Shown here one piece after another: positions 38,852 through 48,024 of a stretch of DNA of 64,000 nt. Numbering within the stretch: position 1 is the first letter of the stretch; every line of letters begins with the position of its first letter. Location: contig MEUZ01000003.1 in NCBI GenBank assembly GCA_001772615.1, positions 12,450 through 76,449 of the forward strand. Direction: 5' to 3'. The notes below the pieces were generated by a model. That model did no database searches and was not told the DNA's origin. It saw nothing but the letters and a program-made list of their open reading frames with translations. A program made the translations under genes and the position numbers. This DNA is from a candidate division WWE3 bacterium RIFCSPHIGHO2_01_FULL_40_23. GTDB lineage: Bacteria; Patescibacteriota; WWE3; UBA101185; 2-01-FULL-41-18.

Positions 38852-39619
38852 CTATTCTACTACTACATTATCATATCTTAAATCTATTTTTTTTAACACG
38901 ATTTCATTCTGATCTTGACGCTTAATAACCTCTTTTAACAAACTTATCTGTGAAAAAACATCTTTCTTTAGGCTTATATAAACCTTAATATCGCCTTTTA
39001 TTAGAGCTTCCACATAGCTGTCATTTTCAATTCTTAAAAAAGTCATATTTATGTCTTCCTCTTCCATTATTTTTACAATTAAAAGGGGTACACTAAGGTA
39101 ATTTCCAGGAACGAAACCACCGTTTGTTATGTCGCCATCCCCCCTATAAAGCACCAGGGGAAGATTTAAAAAAGGTGGTTTAACTTCTCCCAGAACAAAA
39201 CCTTCATCATCAACTAAATATGTAACTTCTGAACCTTCCTTTTTTACGAGTGCCGCTTCTTTTCTTTCCACAAAGTTCACATATATGGAATCAGGATAAA
39301 CTCTCTTCACACTAAGCACTTTTATTGAGGGGAATGTTCCCAAAAACATTGCTATCAACTCTTTTTTATTGAGAAGCACTATGTTTTTCCCTAGCACATT
39401 TGCCTCCACAACCGTTTTAATATTTTTGGCATCAGTAAATTTGGCATTTCCCTCTACGATCACTCTTTTGATAACGAGATTTTCAAGAAACTTTTTTGGA
39501 AGTGAGGATCTAAGAAAAAAAAGTATAAAACCAACAAAAATTATCCCCAAGAAAATAGGCGGGAGTTTTGAAAACTTTCTTCTGATGTTACTTAACAAGT
39601 ATTTCCTGGTATATGTCAT
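38852..39619 (-). CDS. ftsQ: Cell division protein FtsQ/DivIB (POTRA domain)
   Basis: N-terminal TM, a POTRA-like domain (VKRVIVEGNAKFTDAKNI) and a position between murG and ftsA. Confidence 0.7.
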   Translation of the reverse strand: MTYTRKYLLSNIRRKFSKLPPIFLGIIFVGFILFFLRSSLPKKFLENLVIKRVIVEGNAKFTDAKNIKTVVEANVLGKNIVLLNKKELIAMFLGTFPSIKVLSVKRVYPDSIYVNFVERKEAALVKKEGSEVTYLVDDEGFVLGEVKPPFLNLPLVLYRGDGDITNGGFVPGNYLSVPLLIVKIMEEEDINMTFLRIENDSYVEALIKGDIKVYISLKKDVFSQISLLKEVIKRQDQNEIVLKKIDLRYDNVVVE

Positions 39620-40694
39620 CTGCTAAAACTTTGGCTGAATCCGAAACTATCTCAATCTTTCGATCACTTTTTAAAATAAACGAATTTAAATTTCTTAACA
39701 CAAATGAAATATCATCTATAAGTCTTTTTTTAGTAAGCTCTTCCTCGGGTATTATTTTGGAAAGGCCTAAATCTTCCACAATTTTTGCATTTAGAAACTG
39801 TTCGTTATGAGAAACCCACGGAATAGGTATAAATATAGATGGTTTTTCTAACGCTAACAGTTCATACACTGTATTAGCTCCGGCTCTTGAAACAACAAGT
39901 GAGGTTTTAGACAGCACCTCTCCAATATGTTTAGTGTCAATGTAATCATAAACTTTATACCTTTCCTTCAGACCTTCCGGTAGTTTCTCCCGTCTTTGTA
40001 ACAATTCATTATAGTCATCCGATTCACTGTAACTTCCGCATTGATGAATGACATTTGCAATAATCAGGAGATCTTCAAGAACACCTTTAACGCATTCGTT
40101 TATTACATGAGAACCCTGCTTTCCACCGGTAATATAAATTATCGGCAGGTTGTTATTAAAAGTGACTTCACTTGACCTGGGATTTAGTACTTCTTCCCTT
40201 ATCGGAAGTCCTGTATACAAAGTTTTGCTTTTCGGAAAGTACTTGGCCGAATCCCTCCAGGATATATAAATTCTTTTTACAAAGAAAGAAATAAATCTAT
40301 TTGCAAACCCGGCCACAACTGTCTGTTCGTGGGTAGCAGACGGAATTCTTAACAAAAAACCGGCAAGTACTACAGGAACCGATATATAACCCCCGAATGA
40401 CAAAATCCCATCTGGTTTAAGCTTTTGTAAAAGCCTAAATGCCTTAGCAAGCCCAAAAAAAGTTTTGGCTATCCTAAAAGGACTATAAATTTTATAAAAC
40501 TTGCCGGCATCAATATCAAAAAACGGAATGCCCATAGATGTAATTTCTTTATATTCAGAGCTTTTATTCTTGTCCTTCCACAAAGAATATGTATGCCCAA
40601 CCCACAGAATTTCAACATTTTCATATCTCTTTTTAAATTCATTTATCACAGGAATTGCGGTTGTGTGATGACCCCCGGTAATAAGAAGTTTCAT
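39588..40694 (-). CDS. murG: UDP-N-acetylglucosamine--N-acetylmuramyl-(pentapeptide) pyrophosphoryl-undecaprenol GlcNAc transferase
   Basis: LITGGHHTTAIPV and YITGGKQGSHVIN. The start was reassigned to MKLLITGG (ATG 40692-40694), which overlaps the ftsW stop (ATGA). The track ORF extends to 40856 in the same frame. Confidence 0.85.
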   Translation of the reverse strand: MKLLITGGHHTTAIPVINEFKKRYENVEILWVGHTYSLWKDKNKSSEYKEITSMGIPFFDIDAGKFYKIYSPFRIAKTFFGLAKAFRLLQKLKPDGILSFGGYISVPVVLAGFLLRIPSATHEQTVVAGFANRFISFFVKRIYISWRDSAKYFPKSKTLYTGLPIREEVLNPRSSEVTFNNNLPIIYITGGKQGSHVINECVKGVLEDLLIIANVIHQCGSYSESDDYNELLQRREKLPEGLKERYKVYDYIDTKHIGEVLSKTSLVVSRAGANTVYELLALEKPSIFIPIPWVSHNEQFLNAKIVEDLGLSKIIPEEELTKKRLIDDISFVLRNLNSFILKSDRKIEIVSDSAKVLADDIYQEILVK

Positions 40695-41836
40695 ATATTC
40701 TGACAGCTCCGGCTTACATTTAACAGTACGCCAAGTCCACATAAACCAAAAACCATAGAGGAACCCCCATATGAGATTAACGGAAGGGGCACCCCTGTTA
40801 GGGGCAGCAGATTTACCATACCGGACAAATTCACGATACTCTGTACGGCAAACCAAGAAGTCACTCCTGTTGCTAACAGGGTTCCAAGCTTATCCGGAGC
40901 TTTTAAGGCGATACGATATCCCCTGATTATAATAAAAAGAAATAGTGAAACAAGAAAAACCAACCCAATGAAACCAAGCTCTTCACCTATAACCGCAAAA
41001 ATAGAATCAGTCGCTACTTCAGGAATATACTGGTATTTTTGCCTTGACTGTCCAAAACCAAGACCAAACAAACCCCCCGACCCAAGTGCAATTAATATTT
41101 GATTTATGTGATAAGAAGTTCCTTCAGTATCTTCTGAATTAAACCCTAAATATGTCAAAAACCTTTCCTTTCTGTAAGCGGATGAAAGTATGAAAACAGA
41201 AGCAAAAGCTAGAGCAATGGGAACGCCTACCAGAAAATATGAGAAATTTAAACCGGACACTAAAAGCATAATTAACCCAATAATCGATATAAGCATGGCT
41301 GTGCCAAAGTCGGGTTGAGCAAGCACTAGTCCTACAAGGAGGATACAAACGGGAATAAAAATCAGAAGTGCCTTAACCTCTCTCTTGGAAAAAATAACTG
41401 AAAGATAAAAAATAAAAGATAGTTTAATGAGCTCGCTTGGCTGAAAACCAATTCTACCAATGATTGGAATGGTAGGAAAAGGAGATGGGTTAAGATAAAT
41501 CCACCTTCTAGCCCCATAAATCAAAGGCGCGAATGGGGACGGTATTAAAACAAAGATTAAGGAAATTAAAGACACTACAAAAAGGGGTAGGGCTACTTTT
41601 GAAATTGAATGATAATCTATTCTATACCCTATAAAAAAACCTGCTAAGCCGAGGAGAACCCATACAGCCTGAAGATAAAGAAAATAATATTTCCCCCCAA
41701 ATATGTCATAAGCATAGACGACGGAGACATCATAAACCATCACGACACCAAAAATTAATAAGAATAAAATTGCATATAAGAGGAGGGTGTCCTTTCCTTG
41801 ATAGGCCTTTTTCCTTTCACCGGAAGGTTTTTTCAT
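40691..41836 (-). CDS. ftsW: SEDS-family cell division protein FtsW
   Basis: 10-TM SEDS protein located between mraY and murG. The start was reassigned to MKKPSGERKK (41836), overlapping the mraY stop. The track ORF extends to 41917. Confidence 0.8.
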   Translation of the reverse strand: MKKPSGERKKAYQGKDTLLLYAILFLLIFGVVMVYDVSVVYAYDIFGGKYYFLYLQAVWVLLGLAGFFIGYRIDYHSISKVALPLFVVSLISLIFVLIPSPFAPLIYGARRWIYLNPSPFPTIPIIGRIGFQPSELIKLSFIFYLSVIFSKREVKALLIFIPVCILLVGLVLAQPDFGTAMLISIIGLIMLLVSGLNFSYFLVGVPIALAFASVFILSSAYRKERFLTYLGFNSEDTEGTSYHINQILIALGSGGLFGLGFGQSRQKYQYIPEVATDSIFAVIGEELGFIGLVFLVSLFLFIIIRGYRIALKAPDKLGTLLATGVTSWFAVQSIVNLSGMVNLLPLTGVPLPLISYGGSSMVFGLCGLGVLLNVSRSCQNI

Positions 41837-42930
41837 AATAGGGCGATTATTAAACCAACAACCGACAGTATAGAGTTCACAAGCCAAAATCTCATAGTTA
41901 CTTTCGTTTCGTGCCACCCAAGCTTTTCAAAATGATGGTGGATCGGCGCCAAAAGAAATACTCTCTTTCCTCCTCTTAATTTAGCTGACCACTGCTGAAT
42001 AAAACTAGACCCTATCTCTGCAATAAAGATCCCGCCTATAAAAAGCAAAGCAAACTCACGTTTTAAGTAAGAAGCAGTTAAAACAAAGAGAATACCAAGT
42101 GGAAGGGTTCCTACATCAGACATCTCCACTCTTGCAGGATAAATATTAAAGTAAAGAAAGGCGAGTTCAGCCCCAACTACAGAAGCACAAAATAACGCCA
42201 ATTCATATCTTCCAAATATTAGAGAAAGGATCCCAAGTGCTAAAAAGGAAACACTGTGCAAACCTGCCGAAAGTCCATCCATACCATCCGTTACCCCAAA
42301 TGCATTCGCAAACCACAAACACAAAAAAATGATAAAAGGTATGTACAACACTCCTATATTCACGTCACCTATAAAAGGAAACCAGAATACGTGAAGGTTA
42401 GATTTAAAATAAAGCCATAAAACCCCGGCTAGAGCAGGAACAACCTGCATGAGAAATTTTTCGTGAGTTTTAAGTCCTCTTTGGGTACTTCCCATAATTC
42501 TAAAAACTTCTTTAAAAAGATCCCACGGTATAAGAGCAAGTTTATAAATTTTCCACAAAAGTACATTTTTTGAAACGACAGCATCCACTTTCTCCCGTAC
42601 CGCGAATGAAAACCCTTTTCTCCCAATAGTGTTTATAAACTCATCCACAGCACCAAAGATTGATCCCACAACTAAAATAAAAGAAAAGGGTATTAAAAGA
42701 TCCCAATTTCTAAAAAAGAGTACAGAAATTACAAAAACAGTAAATGTAATTAAAGCCCCTCCCATAATCGGTGTACCAAACTTCATGGCCCTTTCAGGAA
42801 GATTGTTATCAAGATCCGCTTTGCTGATTCTTCTTATATTAAACTTGTAAAGAAAACCTATAAATAAAGGAGCAAGTAAGAAACAAAGTATAAAAGATGT
42901 TAATAAAATTATTAGGAATTTTAATTCCAT
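41833..42930 (-). CDS. mraY: Phospho-N-acetylmuramoyl-pentapeptide transferase
   Basis: 10-TM protein with the conserved D-D motifs (VGAVDEF, GLHSVSF...DGMDGL). Confidence 0.9.
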   Translation of the reverse strand: MELKFLIILLTSFILCFLLAPLFIGFLYKFNIRRISKADLDNNLPERAMKFGTPIMGGALITFTVFVISVLFFRNWDLLIPFSFILVVGSIFGAVDEFINTIGRKGFSFAVREKVDAVVSKNVLLWKIYKLALIPWDLFKEVFRIMGSTQRGLKTHEKFLMQVVPALAGVLWLYFKSNLHVFWFPFIGDVNIGVLYIPFIIFLCLWFANAFGVTDGMDGLSAGLHSVSFLALGILSLIFGRYELALFCASVVGAELAFLYFNIYPARVEMSDVGTLPLGILFVLTASYLKREFALLFIGGIFIAEIGSSFIQQWSAKLRGGKRVFLLAPIHHHFEKLGWHETKVTMRFWLVNSILSVVGLIIALL

Positions 42931-42958
42931 AAAAGATCTTCATCCTCAAGTGACTAGC

Positions 42959-44284
42959 CTAAGGAACAATCGAAATCTTTGCACCAAGACTTAAAAGTTT
43001 TTCATCAAACTTTTCAAATGATGAAGCTATGTGTTCATATCCATAAATTTCACTTCTTCCCTCGGAAGCAAGAGCGGCTAAAATTAAGGCTGCGCCGTCT
43101 CTTAAATCGGATATAAAAAGTTTTTCCTTCCGAAGTTGTGTAGGGCCTTCAACCCTGGCAACTGTATAAGGCTCTCCTTTTACATTAACATCATAGCTGT
43201 CATCACTTATAACAGCTGCTAAGCCAACTTCCGAAGGTTTTAAAAGACTTATTTTGGCACCCATTCTATTTAGCTCCCTAACGTAGGAAAACCGGTCAGT
43301 ATAGATTGTGTCGTGAATAATACCTGCTCCCTTAGTTTGTGTTAGAAGCACCGCAAAAGGGGCCTGCCATTCGGTCATAAAACCCGGAGCCGGAGCCGTT
43401 TCCACATCAACGGCGTTAAGAGCTTGATCTTTTCTCCTCCAAATCCTTAGCTCCTTCCCTTTAAATTCAAAGCTTGCACCCATGGCCTCAAGCTTTCTGA
43501 TAAAAGAAAGAAGATCCGAAGAAACTACATCTTCAATCTTTATATCACCATAAGTCACAAGAGAAGCTATTGCAAATGTTACGGCTTCGCTCCTATCAGG
43601 CATGATTCTGTGTTTTGTACCTTTAAATGTCTGGGTGCCGTTTACAACAATCTTTCTTTCCTCTACCCTTTTAACGTCGGCTCCCATAGAATTCAAAAAT
43701 AAAATAAGGTCATCTATCTCCGGCTCCGACGCGGCATTATTTATATAAGTCTCCCCTGGGACAAAGACACTTGATAAAAGAGCGTTTTCAGTCCCCATAA
43801 CCGTTGAAGTTTTAAAAGACATACTAACATTCAAAAGTTTTTTTGATTCAAGAAAGTAATAGTTATTATCCTCTTTTACTTCAAAACCTAATGCCTCCCA
43901 CGAGCTTACCCATCTGTTAACAGGTCTCGCACCAAATGTGGATTTGAACTTCGGAATTAATGCTTTGCCAAATCTATAAAGCAAAGGACCTGCCAGCAAA
44001 GCAGAGGTCCTACTCTTACTGGAGAGATCATATGGGAGCTCATAAGAAGATATTGAGGAAGCATTTATTAAAACCTTATTCTGTGAAATCCAAGTGACTC
44101 CTACACCGATACCTTTTAATATTTCAATGTCTGACAGCACAATGCCTACATTCGGAATGTTCTCCAATGTAACGTCTTCATTTGAAAACAAAGAAGCAAC
44201 AAGAAGCTTTAAAGCCGTATTTCGGGATCCTGAAGTTTTGATATTCCCAACAAGGGGTTCTTTGCCATCAACAACTAGTTTCAT
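42959..44284 (-). CDS. murA: UDP-N-acetylglucosamine 1-carboxyvinyltransferase
   Basis: MKLVVDGKEPLVGNIKTSGSRNTALKLL is the canonical MurA start (the start was reassigned to this Met; the track ORF extends to 44341). EPSP-synthase fold repeats. Confidence 0.85.
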   Translation of the reverse strand: MKLVVDGKEPLVGNIKTSGSRNTALKLLVASLFSNEDVTLENIPNVGIVLSDIEILKGIGVGVTWISQNKVLINASSISSYELPYDLSSKSRTSALLAGPLLYRFGKALIPKFKSTFGARPVNRWVSSWEALGFEVKEDNNYYFLESKKLLNVSMSFKTSTVMGTENALLSSVFVPGETYINNAASEPEIDDLILFLNSMGADVKRVEERKIVVNGTQTFKGTKHRIMPDRSEAVTFAIASLVTYGDIKIEDVVSSDLLSFIRKLEAMGASFEFKGKELRIWRRKDQALNAVDVETAPAPGFMTEWQAPFAVLLTQTKGAGIIHDTIYTDRFSYVRELNRMGAKISLLKPSEVGLAAVISDDSYDVNVKGEPYTVARVEGPTQLRKEKLFISDLRDGAALILAALASEGRSEIYGYEHIASSFEKFDEKLLSLGAKISIVP

Positions 44285-44288
44285 ACAG

Positions 44289-44513
44289 TTATTTAAACAA
44301 TCCGACAAGTAAAAGGGAGTTGATTGAAAACAGCACGCCAAAAATAATCGTCAGGATAAAGACGAGCTTTTCAAATCCCCTTTTTGACCTATACATTCCC
44401 GTAAGATTAGTGGACAGTCCCCTCCCTCTTGCCTGAAGAAGAATAAGAATTGCCAGTAGCACCGAAAGAAATATCTGAAAAATTTTAAGAAGCGGTAAAA
44501 ACCTGCCTTCCAT
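44289..44513 (-). CDS. secG: Preprotein translocase subunit SecG
   Basis: ILILLQARGRGLSTNLTG matches the SecG LLQxGKGxGLS signature. Two TM helices. The start was reassigned to MEGRF (44513); the track ORF extends to 44591. Confidence 0.6.
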   Translation of the reverse strand: MEGRFLPLLKIFQIFLSVLLAILILLQARGRGLSTNLTGMYRSKRGFEKLVFILTIIFGVLFSINSLLLVGLFK

Positions 44514-44926
44514 TAATCTTTCCCCCCTCCCAGCCAACCAAAAAACTGCTGAATAAGTGTGAACAGCGCTGAAGCAAGTACATAGCTCCAAAAAACAGAT
44601 AAGGTGCTTGAATTAACCACAAACACTAAAAGCTTCAAATGCCTTACGCTCCCAGGAGCAAGCTTAAAAGAAGGAAGAAACTTATCAAGCAGAAAGAGAG
44701 AAACAAGGTTAATAAGAAAACTTAATACTAAATAACCTATGCCTTCGGTTGGAAGAGACATAACTTTCAAAATAGGTTTTGTAAAAATTAAAATTAAACC
44801 AAGACCCAGTGAAACTAAAAATAAAGAGGCGTTTTCTTCACCTCCAAAATATAAACCCGAAAAATAATAAGAAACCACAAGGAGACTTATAAAAGAAAAA
44901 ATAATATTTCTTAAAATCAGCTTCAT
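44513..44926 (-). CDS. Four-TM membrane protein, DUF360 / phage_holin_4_2-like family
   Basis: 137 aa with 4 TM helices. The LPTEGIGYLVLSFLINLVSLFLLDKFLP segment resembles the PF04020-type family. Confidence 0.45.
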   Translation of the reverse strand: MKLILRNIIFSFISLLVVSYYFSGLYFGGEENASLFLVSLGLGLILIFTKPILKVMSLPTEGIGYLVLSFLINLVSLFLLDKFLPSFKLAPGSVRHLKLLVFVVNSSTLSVFWSYVLASALFTLIQQFFGWLGGGKD

Positions 44927-44940
44927 ATCAGATAATTATA

Positions 44941-46272
44941 TCAACCTTTGGATCTTAATTCCTTTAATCTTAATAAATGGTGGTAAACTCTTGCAAATCT
45001 ATGAGCCTCATCACGCAGTCTTTGAAGAAGTTTCAAACCCTCATTTGTTCTGTCAAGGTACAATTCTTTAAAAACACCGTTTTTCTTATAAACAAGAGCC
45101 TCGTTTCTTTTCGCAAGCCCGACTACCGGAATCTTAAGATTTTTCTCCTTTAACACGTTTAATGCTATGGTCACCTGTCCTTTTCCCCCATCAACAAGAA
45201 TAAGATTTGGCATCTCCCAGCTTTTCACATCTTCTCTAGGGTAAAATCTTCTATTTAGTACTTCCGACATCATAAAGTAATCATCAGGTTGGTCTTTCAA
45301 CTTAATTCTAAAACGCCTATATTCGCTTTTATTAATTCTGCCGCTCGTTGCAACAACCATGGACGCTGTAGCATTTTTACCTGATACGTTTGAGATATCA
45401 TAGCATTCAATTCTACTTGGTTTATCCCTGATGATGGGTAAGTTAATTCTAATTTCCGACAAGGCCTCGTTTCTTATATCTTCCGAAAGATTTGGATTAT
45501 CTATATATAAAGATGCGTCTCTAAACCTTTGGGTAACGTATTCATACTTTTTTAATGTATCTCTTAATTTAGCTGCCTCTTCATATTTTGATTCTTTTGC
45601 TGCTTTTATCATCTGTTTTGTGAGACTCCTTTGAAAAGATTTAGAATCTCCTGACAAAAACCTCTTAAGAATTAAGATCCCTTTTCTATAAGTTTTCGGA
45701 GTAATAAAACCAGTACACGGCGCACTACAGAGCCCTATATGTCCATACAAACATGGTGATTTCAGCTTTTTATATTTCAAATACTTTGATTTGGAGCAAT
45801 CTCTAAAAGGTATAACTTTTCTTATTGACCTTAATACGTCATTAACCACTCCTCCAAAAGGAAAAGGTCCAAAAAAGTTTTTTCTTATTCCTTTCAGTTT
45901 TCTCACTGTGGTTACAACGGGAAGGGTCTCTCCATCTATTCTTTCATTCCTTATCACAATATATTTATAAGATTTATCATCCTTAAGACTAATATTAAAC
46001 TTTGGTTTATATCTTTTAATCAGTTCTGCCTCCAAAAGCAGGGCTTCTAGCTCGCTTTGAACTTCTATGTGACTAATGTCATAAGCGTTTTCTACTAAAG
46101 CTTTGGTTTTTGATCCAAGAGGAACATCAGAAGCAAAATAGGATGAAACACGATCCCTTAAACTTTTAGCCTTCCCCACATATAAAACCTTCCCCTTTTT
46201 ATTTATATACAAATAAACTCCAGGCACCTTGGGAAGCATTTTCGCTTTATTTTCTAAGTTTGATATACTCAT
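44941..46272 (-). CDS. uvrC: Excinuclease ABC subunit C, short form (GIY-YIG + UvrBC-interaction + RNase-H-like endonuclease domains; C-terminal (HhH)2 absent)
   Basis: GIY-YIG domain (PGVYLYINKKGKVLYVGKAKSLRDRVSSYF). The C-terminus EAHRFARVYHH matches the UvrC endonuclease domain end. The 443-aa length implies loss of the HhH tail. Confidence 0.8.
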   Translation of the reverse strand: MSISNLENKAKMLPKVPGVYLYINKKGKVLYVGKAKSLRDRVSSYFASDVPLGSKTKALVENAYDISHIEVQSELEALLLEAELIKRYKPKFNISLKDDKSYKYIVIRNERIDGETLPVVTTVRKLKGIRKNFFGPFPFGGVVNDVLRSIRKVIPFRDCSKSKYLKYKKLKSPCLYGHIGLCSAPCTGFITPKTYRKGILILKRFLSGDSKSFQRSLTKQMIKAAKESKYEEAAKLRDTLKKYEYVTQRFRDASLYIDNPNLSEDIRNEALSEIRINLPIIRDKPSRIECYDISNVSGKNATASMVVATSGRINKSEYRRFRIKLKDQPDDYFMMSEVLNRRFYPREDVKSWEMPNLILVDGGKGQVTIALNVLKEKNLKIPVVGLAKRNEALVYKKNGVFKELYLDRTNEGLKLLQRLRDEAHRFARVYHHLLRLKELRSKG

Positions 46273-46277
46273 ATGGG

Positions 46278-46288
46278 TTATTGTATCA
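46278..46288 (-). promoter_or_regulatory. Extended -10-like element TGATACAATAA (sense) 6 nt upstream of the uvrC ATG, identical to the one at uvrB
   Basis: Plus-strand TTATTGTATCA at 46278-46288. The uvrC ATG is at 46270-46272. Confidence 0.35.
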
Positions 46289-46308
46289 TTAGATTCACTT
46301 TAAAACGG

Positions 46309-48024
46309 ATGAAAAAACTTCTTCTACTTCTTTATGTTCTAATCTCTTTACCCCTTTTTGAGAGGAAAGCCATGGCTTCTGATTTTCTAGTATCCTATAA
46401 TGTAACATATGAGGTTCTTGATAATTCCGAAACGGAGGTTTTCCAAGAAATAAAAGTTAAAAACCTTACAAACAGTATTTTTGTCAGCAGTTACAAACTT
46501 AATGTAAATCATATAAAAATAACTGATATAAAAGCCTCCAATAAAAGCGGAGAGCTTAAGCTTGACACCAGTTACAAAGACGGGCAGACAACGATTCAAG
46601 TTTTCTTTAATGATCAGGTAATAGGAGAGGGTAAAGAGATCAATTGGAATTTAAAATACAAAACAAAAGACGTATCAACAAAAAACGGCCAGGTTTTAGA
46701 AGTAACCATTCCAAAGATCTCAAACTTTACTAATGTGGAAGAGTATAACGCAAAGCTTCTGGTTCCTGATAAGTTTGGGGATCTTCTAACGATAAACCCA
46801 CCCCCCATTCTTGTGGAAGAAAAAGATTCTAAAAGGATTTATAAATTCAATTTAAATCAGATACAAGATTCGGCCGTAAACGCGACATTTGGAAAGTATC
46901 AGCTGTTTAATTTTAAACTCACTTATGACTTAAAAAACGAAGGTTTCTTCTCTCAAGAGAAAACCATAGCTTTACCACCCGACATAAAAGACAGACAAAC
47001 GATCTTAATTAAAGAAATCAGCAAGAAGCCTGATAAGCTTAAGATTGACAAGGATGGGAACCATATTGCAGTTTTTACCGTTCCCCCAAGATCCGAACTT
47101 CAGATAAACCTTATTGGCCAAGCTAAGATTAAAAACAAACGAATTGACGCAAAAAACGGAGGAAGGTTTGATGACCTACCCAAAAACCTCGTAAAAGACT
47201 ACACCACATCAAAAAAATATTGGGAAACGGGTGATCCAAAAATCACATCAATTTCTAAATCCCTCAATGAGAAATTAATTGTTTCCGAAGATGCAAAAAG
47301 AGTTTATGAATACGTGTTAAAAACACTAAGTTATGACAATTCCAAAAATAAAAACATCATAGTGGAAAGGCTTGGAGCTTCAAAATCCCTCCTTAAACCA
47401 AAAGAAGCCATATGCATGGAGTTTGTTGATCTCTTCATAACAATAGCAAGGTCCATGGGAATTCCTGCAAGAGAAGTCAACGGCTACGCTTACTCTAAAA
47501 GCCCTTCTTTAACTCCTCTATCCATCAATTTACGCGGAGGAGATGTACTCCACTCTTGGGCGCAATATTACGATCCCAAATTCGGGTGGGTTCAGATTGA
47601 TCCCACCTGGGGAGAAACTTCAGGCCTTGATTACTTTGAAAATCTTGACTCTAACCACTTTGCCTTTGTAATTAAAGGACTTTCTTCAGAGTATCCTCTC
47701 CCGGCAGGTGCTTACAAAAATACAGATCGTGAAAAACCACAGGTTGATGTAAGCTTCGCTATTACAGATGACACTAAAGAGGAATACTCCGTAAAGGCCG
47801 AGAAAGTTTTTGACATAAACTTTATAAATTTACTTCTTGGAAAGAAGAAAGTAATACTCACAAACACAGGCGGGCAAACTCTTTTTGATGTTAAGGAACC
47901 AAAACTTGGAAAGTTTCCGCCTATGTATAAAACCAAAGCTTACATAAGAGGGGACGAAATTACAGTACAATTTAAAAATTTTGACGGAGAAGATAGAGAA
48001 CTGAAAGTTAAACTTTCACGTTAG
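46309..48024 (+). CDS. Secreted transglutaminase-like (Cys-His-Asp) domain protein
   Basis: The start was reassigned to MKKLLLLLYVLISL (signal peptide; the track start at 46273 would abut uvrC with zero spacing). Carries the transglutaminase core CMEFVDLFITIARSMGIPAREVNGYAY...HSWAQYYDPKFGWVQIDPT. Confidence 0.7.
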   Translation: MKKLLLLLYVLISLPLFERKAMASDFLVSYNVTYEVLDNSETEVFQEIKVKNLTNSIFVSSYKLNVNHIKITDIKASNKSGELKLDTSYKDGQTTIQVFFNDQVIGEGKEINWNLKYKTKDVSTKNGQVLEVTIPKISNFTNVEEYNAKLLVPDKFGDLLTINPPPILVEEKDSKRIYKFNLNQIQDSAVNATFGKYQLFNFKLTYDLKNEGFFSQEKTIALPPDIKDRQTILIKEISKKPDKLKIDKDGNHIAVFTVPPRSELQINLIGQAKIKNKRIDAKNGGRFDDLPKNLVKDYTTSKKYWETGDPKITSISKSLNEKLIVSEDAKRVYEYVLKTLSYDNSKNKNIIVERLGASKSLLKPKEAICMEFVDLFITIARSMGIPAREVNGYAYSKSPSLTPLSINLRGGDVLHSWAQYYDPKFGWVQIDPTWGETSGLDYFENLDSNHFAFVIKGLSSEYPLPAGAYKNTDREKPQVDVSFAITDDTKEEYSVKAEKVFDINFINLLLGKKKVILTNTGGQTLFDVKEPKLGKFPPMYKTKAYIRGDEITVQFKNFDGEDRELKVKLSR

